Shown: positions 30,887-38,795 of the stretch, one piece after another
Position numbering within the stretch: position 1 is the stretch's first letter
How the letters are laid out: every line of letters starts with the position of its first letter
From: Gemmatimonadales bacterium
Lineage (GTDB): Bacteria; Gemmatimonadota; Gemmatimonadetes; Gemmatimonadales; GWC2-71-9
NCBI GenBank assembly: GCA_041615815.1
Contig: JBFJCP010000023.1
Coordinates: forward strand, 1 to 64,000
Direction: 5' to 3'
DNA length: 64,000 bases
Notes under the pieces: model-generated
Seen by the model: the letters and a program-made list of their open reading frames with translations, nothing else
The model's database searches: none
What the model was told of the DNA's origin: nothing
Made by a program: the position numbers and the translations under genes

Positions 30887-30911
30887 TGCCATTTGACGGG
30901 TCCAAATGGCA
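30887..30911. promoter_or_regulatory. Inverted repeat TGCCATTTG-N7-CAAATGGCA upstream of lon
   Basis: Perfect 9-bp arms; a related GCCATTCTGGCA lies at 30871-30882. Confidence 0.5.
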
Positions 30912-30962
30912 GGAACAGTGCACCTATCGGCGGTGTTTTGTAGCAGTACGGACTGATTCAGG

Positions 30963-30977
30963 TGGCACAATAGGTGC
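30963..30977 (+). promoter_or_regulatory. Candidate sigma54 promoter TGGCAC-AATAG-GTGC for lon
   Basis: Consensus -24 TGGCAC and GG-N10-GC spacing, about 60 nt before ATG 31040. Confidence 0.5.
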
Positions 30978-31039
30978 CCCGTTGGAAGTCGGCACGAGCG
31001 ACTTCTAGACCCGCGTGCGATTGGGGGGACGAATCGACA

Positions 31040-33487
31040 ATGCCTGATACCAAAACCCAGCGGGTGCGTTTGCCCGTTCTGCCTCTGCGGGACATGGTGC
31101 TCTTTCCGGGGGTGACGGCCCCGATTGGTGCTGGACGGCCGGGCACGCTCCGCGCGATCGAGGCATCGCTCAAGCGAGAGGATCGGCTGATCTTCACGGT
31201 GGCTCAGCGCGACAACATCGAGCAGGTCAAGCCAGAAGGTTTGCACACCACGGGAACCGTTGCCCGGATTGGCCAGGCGCAACGCGGACTCGGTGGAGTC
31301 CAGCTCCTCATTCACGGGGAGTACCGGGCGAGCGTCCTGCACTACAACGAGACCGAGGGCTATCTGGAAGCCGTCGTATACGAAGCGCCCGACCTCGCTC
31401 CCTTATCCGAAGACGACGCAGCATTCCTCGCCTTACACAAGGAAGTGCGAGAACAGGCGGCGGCGTTGGGGGAGAAGACGGGTCTGCCCGAGGACGTCGT
31501 GCAACAGGTGCTCGAAAGCGTGTCGGACCCGGGGCGGTTTGCGGATCTGGTGGCTGGGTATGTCGATGTTCCCGCTGCGGATCGGCAAGCGCTCTTGGAG
31601 ACGCGAGGAGTCGAAGAGCGTTTGCGGCGCGTGCTGGTGCACGTACAGCGCCAGGTCCAGCTCCTCGAGGCTCAGGAAGACATCAAGTCCAAGGTCCAGG
31701 AGGAGCTGGGAGAGCGGCAGCGCGAGATGTTTCTTCGCGAGCAGCTCAAGGCTATTCGGAAAGAGCTTGGTGACGACGACGCCGATGCGGACATCGAAGA
31801 GCTTCGCGAGCGGCTCGAACAACTCGACCTTCCAGAAGAGGCGCGTGTGGAGGTCGAGCGGGAGCTCGGCCGCCTCGAGCGAACGCCCAGGGAATCCATG
31901 GAAGCGCAGGTCGTTCGTACATTTCTCGAGACCATCGCTGAGCTGCCGTGGAATGCACGTTCCACGGATCACCTCGATCTCGCGCGTGCAGCGGAGATCT
32001 TGGATGAGGATCACTACGGACTCCAGGATGTCAAAGATCGTATCCTGGAGTTTCTCGCCGTGCGCCACCTGCGCCATCAGCGAAGCGATGGCAACGGCGG
32101 TGCTCAAATCCCCGGCAACGAAGACGACCGAGGTCCCAAGGGATCGATTCTCTTATTCATCGGCCCCCCGGGCGTTGGAAAGACGTCGGTGGCCAAGTCC
32201 ATTGCGCGGGCGATGGGCCGCAAATACGTCCGGATCTCACTCGGCGGGGCACGCGACGAGGCTGACATCCGAGGGCACCGTCGGACTTACGTGGGCGCCA
32301 TGCCCGGCCGGATCATTCAGGGGATGAAGCGGGCGGGGACCAAGAACCCGGTCTTTCTGCTCGACGAGGTGGACAAACTCGGTGTGTCGTTCCAAGGGGA
32401 TCCCGCGTCGGCGTTGCTCGAAGTGCTGGACCCAGCGCAAAACGACAGTTTCACTGATCACTACCTCGGGGTGCCGTTCGATTTGTCCGAGGTGATGTTC
32501 ATCGCCACGGCCAATTTCCGAATGAACATTCCGGAGCCGCTGCTGGACCGAATGGAGGTCGTGGATTTTGCCGGCTACACCGAGCGCGAAAAACTGGCCA
32601 TTGCCCGGCGTTACTTGTTGCCGCGACAGAAGACGGAAGCTGGCCTGGATCACAATGAGCTCGACCTTACTGACGACGCTGTTCGCGAGGTCATCTCCCG
32701 CTACACACGCGAGGCGGGAGTGCGCCAGCTCGAACGGGAGCTCGGGAAAGTGGCGCGCAAGGTTGCCCGGAGAATTGCCGGTGGTGAGGTGGATCAAGCA
32801 ACGATTTCGAGGACAGCGGTTGCTGACCTGCTGGGCCGCCCTACGGTCCACCCCGAACATGCTTCGGAAGAAGATCAGGTTGGTATCGCCACGGGCGTCT
32901 ACTATACGCCAGTGGGCGGAGACATCATGTTCGTAGAGGTTTCGGTGATGAAGGGCAAGGAGAACCTGGTGCTCACCGGTCACCTTGGCGACGTCATGAA
33001 GGAATCGGCGCGGGCAGCGTTGACCTATGCGAAGTCGCACGCCCAAGATCTGGGTATTCCGGCAGACATGTTCGCGGATAAGGATATCCATATCCACGTT
33101 CCCGCTGGTGCAATCCCCAAGGACGGCCCATCAGCAGGTGTGACGATGGCCACCGCCCTGGTGAGTGCGCTGTCCGGCATTCCGGTCCGTCACGACGTGG
33201 CGATGACCGGCGAGATCACGCTCTCCGGCCGCGTGTTGCCGATCGGCGGCGTGAAGGAAAAGGTGCTTGGCGCTTGCCGGGCCGGCATCACCAACATCGT
33301 TCTGCCCAAGGACAACCTTCCGGCGCTCGATGATTTGAATGCGGATGAGCGGGCCAGGATCACGGTACACGCAGTCGAGACCCTGGGGGACGTGCTGACG
33401 GCGGCGCTGGTTCGACGGCCGACCCGTACCATCTCGACGACGGTCGAGACGGACGGTGAGGTTGGCCTGGTGCCGAGTAAGAACTAG
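31040..33487 (+). CDS. lon: ATP-dependent protease La
   Basis: LPVLPLRDMVLFP N-domain, GPPGVGKTS, LLDEVDK, PKDGPSAG (catalytic Ser), IGGVKEK (Lys). Confidence 0.98.
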   Translation: MPDTKTQRVRLPVLPLRDMVLFPGVTAPIGAGRPGTLRAIEASLKREDRLIFTVAQRDNIEQVKPEGLHTTGTVARIGQAQRGLGGVQLLIHGEYRASVLHYNETEGYLEAVVYEAPDLAPLSEDDAAFLALHKEVREQAAALGEKTGLPEDVVQQVLESVSDPGRFADLVAGYVDVPAADRQALLETRGVEERLRRVLVHVQRQVQLLEAQEDIKSKVQEELGERQREMFLREQLKAIRKELGDDDADADIEELRERLEQLDLPEEARVEVERELGRLERTPRESMEAQVVRTFLETIAELPWNARSTDHLDLARAAEILDEDHYGLQDVKDRILEFLAVRHLRHQRSDGNGGAQIPGNEDDRGPKGSILLFIGPPGVGKTSVAKSIARAMGRKYVRISLGGARDEADIRGHRRTYVGAMPGRIIQGMKRAGTKNPVFLLDEVDKLGVSFQGDPASALLEVLDPAQNDSFTDHYLGVPFDLSEVMFIATANFRMNIPEPLLDRMEVVDFAGYTEREKLAIARRYLLPRQKTEAGLDHNELDLTDDAVREVISRYTREAGVRQLERELGKVARKVARRIAGGEVDQATISRTAVADLLGRPTVHPEHASEEDQVGIATGVYYTPVGGDIMFVEVSVMKGKENLVLTGHLGDVMKESARAALTYAKSHAQDLGIPADMFADKDIHIHVPAGAIPKDGPSAGVTMATALVSALSGIPVRHDVAMTGEITLSGRVLPIGGVKEKVLGACRAGITNIVLPKDNLPALDDLNADERARITVHAVETLGDVLTAALVRRPTRTISTTVETDGEVGLVPSKN

Positions 33488-33495
33488 CCGCCCCT

Positions 33496-34083
33496 TTACC
33501 AGGAGAGTGAGCGCACGATCAGTTCACAGGACCGCTCCAACCATTCGGCCCGGTGCGCGTGTACCGGGCCGCTTGTTGCCTCCTCGAACGCCAGATATCC
33601 CAACACGAGGGCCACGCCCTGACGCGCTGCCAGATCCGGATCTACGTCGTCTCGGAAATAACCCAGCCCCTGCCCTTCGGATATCGCCGCTCCCAGATCG
33701 ATGATCAAACGCCGCACCATACCGCCCATACGGCTGGTGCGGGTTCGCCTGGACTCTGCCAGATCGCGCAACAGGAGTCCAACCAGATTCGGGTCGTCAG
33801 CCAAGGACTGATAGACGCTACCGAGCAACCGGCGAATCCGGTCCACCGGTTTCGTTCCCCTCAACTGTTGCGGATCGCCAAAAGAGGCGTCGGCGCTCTG
33901 CAAAACCGCGTCGTAGAGCCCGCGCTTTGATCCGAAGTAGTAGTGAATAAGCTGCTTGTTGACCCCAGCGCGCTCGGCAATGCCCGCGGTCCTGGCACCG
34001 GCGTAGCCGCGAATCGAAAACTCCTCCCGGGCAGCTCTGAGGATCAGATCTCGCCGTGAGGTCGTAGCTACAGAACCCCCCAC
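33496..34083 (-). CDS. TetR/AcrR family regulator
   Basis: ILRAAREEF..RGY...IAERAGVNKQLIHYYFGSKRGLY. Confidence 0.93.
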   Translation of the reverse strand: MGGSVATTSRRDLILRAAREEFSIRGYAGARTAGIAERAGVNKQLIHYYFGSKRGLYDAVLQSADASFGDPQQLRGTKPVDRIRRLLGSVYQSLADDPNLVGLLLRDLAESRRTRTSRMGGMVRRLIIDLGAAISEGQGLGYFRDDVDPDLAARQGVALVLGYLAFEEATSGPVHAHRAEWLERSCELIVRSLSW

Positions 34084-34087
34084 TATT

Positions 34088-34105
34088 CAGTCAACCGGTT
34101 GATTG
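34088..34105. promoter_or_regulatory. Probable TetR autoregulatory operator (core TCAACCGGTTGA)
   Basis: Perfect 12-bp palindrome extended to CAGTCAACCGGTTGATTG, directly upstream of the tetR start. Confidence 0.6.
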
Positions 34106-34147
34106 GCATAGGCAAAGCTGCCATCCCATCTGACTCGCGTCAAGACG

Positions 34148-34861
34148 CTAAAAGGCTTGGAGATGAGTCTCAAAATGGGCAAGGGCAGTCCACACGCTTC
34201 CAACGACGAGGGAGTCCGACGTCCAATGGCCCATGAGGTCTTGATTGTCGATATGGGCGAGTACCGCCGTCCGCTCGGCAGCAAGCACGGCCACCGCGCC
34301 CCCAAAACGCTCAGCCACCACGGGAAGCGGGATCCACCCTTCAACTGGAGTCGCCGGCTGGCCCGCGAGCTCGCCCAATGCCCACAGCCGCGTGGGTGTG
34401 CCATCCTGGGCGCGCTTTCTCCAGATTGGGGCCAGCACTTCTATGAGACCCTGAGGAGCCAGGGCGATGATCTGTCCGGGCGCCCGCACCGTCGTTCGCA
34501 AGGCCACCTGCTCGAATGCCCGGCGTCCCACCAGAGGGACAATGGTCTCGGCCCCCTCGTCCGGATGTTCGAACACCTGTTGCTCAAACTCGTCCAGTTC
34601 CTCGATCTGGCGACGAGTGATCAGGGCTAAGAGGCTCCGCGGACTGATGGCCCGAAAGAGCTTCGGAGGTCCGCGATCGGTTTCGACGGCTGCACCTTTA
34701 GCCACCAAGCCGTGGAGTGCCTGATAGGTGTTCGCTCGAGCCAGGCTCAAGAGCTTGCTCACGCGATAGCCCGAGGATGCACCGCCGTCCAGCAAGGCAG
34801 CGTAGACCGTGCTCTCGGTTGGGGTGAATCCGAATGGGGTGAGATCGATTGTGCGAGGCAT
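34148..34861 (-). CDS. TrmB family transcriptional regulator
   Basis: FGFTPTESTVYAALL...SGYRVSK...RANTYQALHGLVAKG wHTH; ATG at 34861. Confidence 0.87.
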   Translation of the reverse strand: MPRTIDLTPFGFTPTESTVYAALLDGGASSGYRVSKLLSLARANTYQALHGLVAKGAAVETDRGPPKLFRAISPRSLLALITRRQIEELDEFEQQVFEHPDEGAETIVPLVGRRAFEQVALRTTVRAPGQIIALAPQGLIEVLAPIWRKRAQDGTPTRLWALGELAGQPATPVEGWIPLPVVAERFGGAVAVLAAERTAVLAHIDNQDLMGHWTSDSLVVGSVWTALAHFETHLQAF

Positions 34862-34862
34862 G

Positions 34863-34882
34863 GTAGTTGTGAATACAACTAC
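34863..34882. promoter_or_regulatory. Probable TrmB-family operator GTAGTTGT-N4-ACAACTAC
   Basis: Perfect 8-bp arms 1 nt from the start codon, next to a TATAGT -10-like hexamer. Confidence 0.6.
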
Positions 34883-34923
34883 TATACTATGCTCCGGTTG
34901 GCAACTGTACTGTCTCTGGCAAC

Positions 34924-36096
34924 CTACACGACGTAATCGAGTTCCCAGCCGGCCAGCTGTGCCAGAAGAGCAAGCCGAAACGTGACGTCCGCCTTCCGAC
35001 GCTCGAGCGTCTTGGCATCCGACTCGAGCGGCAATGCGAAGTCTGCCAAACCGGAGGCGCTCTTGGGGATGGCCCGCAAGTTTTTGGGGTTCCACACCCC
35101 GCTCTCATCGCAATCTTTGAGCAGCCGAACGAGGACGCGCTGCGCCATAGCCGACTTCTCCAACATTCCAAGGCGGATCACGAGCTCGATCCAATGCAGA
35201 GCGAACGGCAGATCCTTGGGCCGCCCCGAGCTATCGGCTTGTAGCGGATCCCCCAGCAGGTGGAAGATCGGCTTGATCACTTTGCGCCCGATCTGAATCA
35301 CGTAGGTCCGGCGCCCCGCCGGCTTGGTGAGAAACGCTCCGAGCCGGTCGAGGAACCCGGCCCGCTCGCGCTGCAGATTGGGCATGTAGGCAATCATCGC
35401 GACCGAAAAGAGTGTCGGGGGATGCGCCTCCGGATGGAGAATGTTGCGCGAACCCTTGCGGACGATCGGTTTCTCCGCGAGTTCACTCCGGAGAAACTGC
35501 GAGATTGCCGTGGCGATCCGATGTGCCGAACCCCGGTTTCGCGGATCGTCCGCCTGGCCGGCCTGCGCGAGCGCCGCAGTCGCAGCCTCACGCATGAGGT
35601 CTCGCGCCCAAATCCCAAGCGCGGGATTCGCCTTTGCTGCCTTTTGGTATTCGAAGGAGAGGGCCGGGTCGGTGTCGCGTGACAGGATCCGATAGAATAC
35701 GCGGTCGGTGAGTCGAAATGCACGCACGTCCCGCGGCACCCCCAGCTCGAGCAGATGGCGGTACTGAGCCACCGTTCCGACGTCTCTGATTCCCTGCGCC
35801 TTGGCGGGAGCGATTCCGAGAATGTTCGCGGCCCAGACCCCGTCGTCTTTTTGTTTCTTGAGAGTCTGAGAGACGCGTTTGTAATCCAACAGCTCCGAGC
35901 GGAGCTGCTCGATGTCGGCTTCGGTGGCGGACCCCTGCGGGAGGATCTCGGTCACCGTTCGCCACCGAATCGGTGCGCAGGCGTGGTCTCGGATCCAACC
36001 GACCGGCACGCGGTGCGTTGTTGGCAGCTCCAGCGTCAGCTCCCGTCCGCCGATATGAAGGTGGGATTCGGGCGAGAAATTACCGAGTTTCACCAC
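34924..36096 (-). CDS. Hypothetical protein, possible alpha/alpha-toroid (prenyltransferase-like) fold
   Basis: 390-aa helical ORF with QW-like motifs QKDDGVW and CDESGVW. Confidence 0.6.
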   Translation of the reverse strand: MVKLGNFSPESHLHIGGRELTLELPTTHRVPVGWIRDHACAPIRWRTVTEILPQGSATEADIEQLRSELLDYKRVSQTLKKQKDDGVWAANILGIAPAKAQGIRDVGTVAQYRHLLELGVPRDVRAFRLTDRVFYRILSRDTDPALSFEYQKAAKANPALGIWARDLMREAATAALAQAGQADDPRNRGSAHRIATAISQFLRSELAEKPIVRKGSRNILHPEAHPPTLFSVAMIAYMPNLQRERAGFLDRLGAFLTKPAGRRTYVIQIGRKVIKPIFHLLGDPLQADSSGRPKDLPFALHWIELVIRLGMLEKSAMAQRVLVRLLKDCDESGVWNPKNLRAIPKSASGLADFALPLESDAKTLERRKADVTFRLALLAQLAGWELDYVV

Positions 36097-36133
36097 AATA
36101 GGCCAGTACGACCTGTAATCTGTTTATTGACAA

Positions 36134-37813
36134 CTAGTTGCGGGAAACCCGGCGGTTGCGGCGAACCCGCAAGAAGTCGCCCGGCCCACGGAAGGGCGAT
36201 TCGGGCTTCCACATGGGGAACGCGCTGGACATGGCGAGCTCCCACGTGAGCCGGACCAGCAACCGGCCCTGCTGCCTCGCCCCGATGAAGTCGTGATCGT
36301 CCCGGAGCTCGTCGCCCGGTCGATGCCGGACCGACTGCTCGTATGCGCGGTGGAGATCGAGCCCCCAGCCCGGAGGGCGCCCGTGGTAATCGATCCCGGG
36401 GCTCAGGGCCACCACCGGAATCCCGGCCCGTGCAAAGGCAAAGACGTCGGATGCAAACAGCCGTCCCACGGCGGGAAGCGGGTCAGCCAACACCTTCAGC
36501 CCTTCGGCGGCAGCCAAACGGACAAAAGCCGAATCGACGCTGGAACCGTCGGCGCCGATCCCCATCACATCGCTCGTGATTCCGTACAGGTTTGCGCGTT
36601 CGATGCTCAAAACCGCTGCGGTGCGCTCCAGCGGGAATCGGGGTGATTCGAGATAGTGGGCGGCGCCCAGAAGCCCAGGGGTGGAGGCCGTCGTGGCGAG
36701 AAACAACACCGATCGTCTGAGTGCCCCCCGGCTTTGCACCAGGGCACGCGCCGCACCGAGCAACACCCCCACACCAGCGGCGTTGGCTTGGACTCCGTTG
36801 AGAATGCTATCAGGTCCTGCATGTTCCCGAATACCGAGGTAGTCGTAAGGCGCGGTGATCACGACCGCGTCCCCTTGGAGTTCCGCATCGCTCCCCGGGA
36901 TCAGTCCGATCACGTTCGCCGAGCGTGCGTTTCGAATCCGACTCCGAATGTGCACGGCGGCATGCGCTCCAAACGCCATCGGTCGAAAGTCCGGAAGTGC
37001 TGCCCGCCGCAGCAGGGCGTCGAAATCGACACCCGCGCTCCGCAGCATTCGCGCCGTTGCTTCTCGCGTGATCCAGGCCGCAAAACGCAGTGTGGTACCA
37101 CGCTCGCCAGGTGGCCGAAGCACCTCCCCGGACCACGTGTTCCGGATTGCCGACCAGGAGAACGGCGCGCGGTCGTCGTGAATGATGATGACGCCAGCTG
37201 CGCCCAGCCGGGCCGCCTGCTCCAGCTTGTAGGTCCACCAACCGTAGTAGGAGACAGCCGGGCCGTGAAATCGACTCGCGTCCGCGACACCAGGGTCGTG
37301 ACCGAGCACCAGCAGCACCTTCCCCGCCAGTGGTGTTCCTTTGAAATCGTCCCAGCTCCACTCGGGAGCGAAGACCCCATATCCGGCGAATACGATCTCG
37401 CCGTCTACAGTGAGCGACGATTCGGGGCGAGCGGGCCAGGCAACGAAATCCTCGCGCGCCCGGAGCGCCATCGTCTGACGTCCGACCGCGACCACCAGCG
37501 AGGTCTGCGAGACGGAACCGATCAATTCCACCGGCTGGAGGTAGGAGTTGTTGTCGCCGCCGGGGACCAGTCCCAACGCTTGGAACTGTGCGGCCACATA
37601 GCGGGTGGCCAGGGTACCGCCATCGGTCGCCGGCGCTCGACCGCGAAGGAGTTCATCGGCGAGGAATCTGGTGTGGGCCTCGATCGCGTCACTGCGAACC
37701 GACTCCAGAATCGCTGCGGGAATGGGCGCAGCAGCACCAGAGTCACGTTGTGCTACTGCCGGGGCGGCGTGAAACAGTGCCGCAAGCACGACCACACTCG
37801 CGTCCGGCCGCAC
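36134..37813 (-). CDS. Secreted M28 peptidase homolog with PA domain and degenerate metal site
   Basis: Signal peptide, FLADELLRGRAP, FAGYGV..PE..WDDF, YYGWWTYK, NVIG; Zn ligands substituted. Confidence 0.85.
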   Translation of the reverse strand: MRPDASVVVLAALFHAAPAVAQRDSGAAAPIPAAILESVRSDAIEAHTRFLADELLRGRAPATDGGTLATRYVAAQFQALGLVPGGDNNSYLQPVELIGSVSQTSLVVAVGRQTMALRAREDFVAWPARPESSLTVDGEIVFAGYGVFAPEWSWDDFKGTPLAGKVLLVLGHDPGVADASRFHGPAVSYYGWWTYKLEQAARLGAAGVIIIHDDRAPFSWSAIRNTWSGEVLRPPGERGTTLRFAAWITREATARMLRSAGVDFDALLRRAALPDFRPMAFGAHAAVHIRSRIRNARSANVIGLIPGSDAELQGDAVVITAPYDYLGIREHAGPDSILNGVQANAAGVGVLLGAARALVQSRGALRRSVLFLATTASTPGLLGAAHYLESPRFPLERTAAVLSIERANLYGITSDVMGIGADGSSVDSAFVRLAAAEGLKVLADPLPAVGRLFASDVFAFARAGIPVVALSPGIDYHGRPPGWGLDLHRAYEQSVRHRPGDELRDDHDFIGARQQGRLLVRLTWELAMSSAFPMWKPESPFRGPGDFLRVRRNRRVSRN

Positions 37814-37814
37814 G

Positions 37815-38735
37815 CTAGCGCCTCTCTCGGGGAATGCACCGAACGCGAAGGATAGTCCCGGGATGTCCCGCAATCGCCTCGCTCGTCAAGACCAGCGATT
37901 CCTCGTCCAGAAAATCGACGCCCTCCCCCTGCGGCTCGCGGTACCCGATCCAGCACGGTCGCCCGTCCGGATGGTAGGATCCGTCGGGTCGCCGGCCGTA
38001 AAAGAAGAGTTCCGTGTAGGTCCGAATGACAAATCGGTTGCCGCTCGGCGATATGGCCGCCCCGGTGACCACTTGACCGATCCGGCGCACGGGCGCGATG
38101 TCGAGCGTTCCAACCGGAACGGCTGTCGTCCCACCTGCAAGCCGCTCGTCGGGACGAATGCAGAAAACCCTGATGGGTCCGGAACGTCCCTTCGTCACGA
38201 GGTAGATCTCGCCCTGTGGCGTGACGCCGATGGCCTCGACGTCGTGTGCGCGGTCCGGAAACCGAACCCGGAGCATGCGGGCGGACAGTCGCTCGGGTCT
38301 CCCAGTCCGGCGGGCTGGTGGTGGTGGCTCCGGCAGGATGTACAACGCAACCTCGCGCCGATCCTCGAGATTATCGCCCGTGTCGGCTACGTAGAGGCAG
38401 GGAGCGTCTTGGTCGGGGCAGGGGCCTTGCGCCATGTCCTCCCAGTCCACGGGATCCACTTCGTCCAGGCGGTATCGGCCGAGCCCCACACCCTGGAGGT
38501 TAGTTGCGTAGATGTTGGCATCGTCGCCGGAATCGTTGTGTGTCCACAACAGCCCGGGATATTGCCGGCTGGCTACGACCCCCGAGCTCTCGGCGATCCC
38601 TCGGCTCGCGAACGTCGCCGCGCTCTCGACGACCAGGGAGTCGTAGCCTTGGGCTCCGAGAGGGTGGATGGCGAGGACCATCAGGGTCCCCACCACTCCC
38701 CATGAATGCCGGGAATGGGACCTCGACGATGACAT
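37815..38735 (-). CDS. Secreted protein, probable beta-propeller (SdiA-regulated/esterase-like phytase type)
   Basis: Signal peptide, ESSG, WTHNDSG, DWED, DTGDN, DVEA, IRTY, QGEG. Confidence 0.75.
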   Translation of the reverse strand: MSSSRSHSRHSWGVVGTLMVLAIHPLGAQGYDSLVVESAATFASRGIAESSGVVASRQYPGLLWTHNDSGDDANIYATNLQGVGLGRYRLDEVDPVDWEDMAQGPCPDQDAPCLYVADTGDNLEDRREVALYILPEPPPPARRTGRPERLSARMLRVRFPDRAHDVEAIGVTPQGEIYLVTKGRSGPIRVFCIRPDERLAGGTTAVPVGTLDIAPVRRIGQVVTGAAISPSGNRFVIRTYTELFFYGRRPDGSYHPDGRPCWIGYREPQGEGVDFLDEESLVLTSEAIAGHPGTILRVRCIPRERR

Positions 38736-38795
38736 AGGCGTCCAATTGTACCGGGTGCTTGCCCCTCGGTAAAGGAACCGCGATGTTTCTCGGCG

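Noticed and set aside
30877..30903. CIRCE-like element upstream of lon (CTGGCAGTC-N9-GAC...)
   Set aside because: Only the left arm resembles TTAGCACTC; the right arm GACGGGTCC does not complete the inverted repeat.
34104..34118. TGGCAT-N5-AAGC sigma54-like spacing on the plus strand
   Set aside because: Poor -12 box and it points antisense into trmB with no downstream gene.
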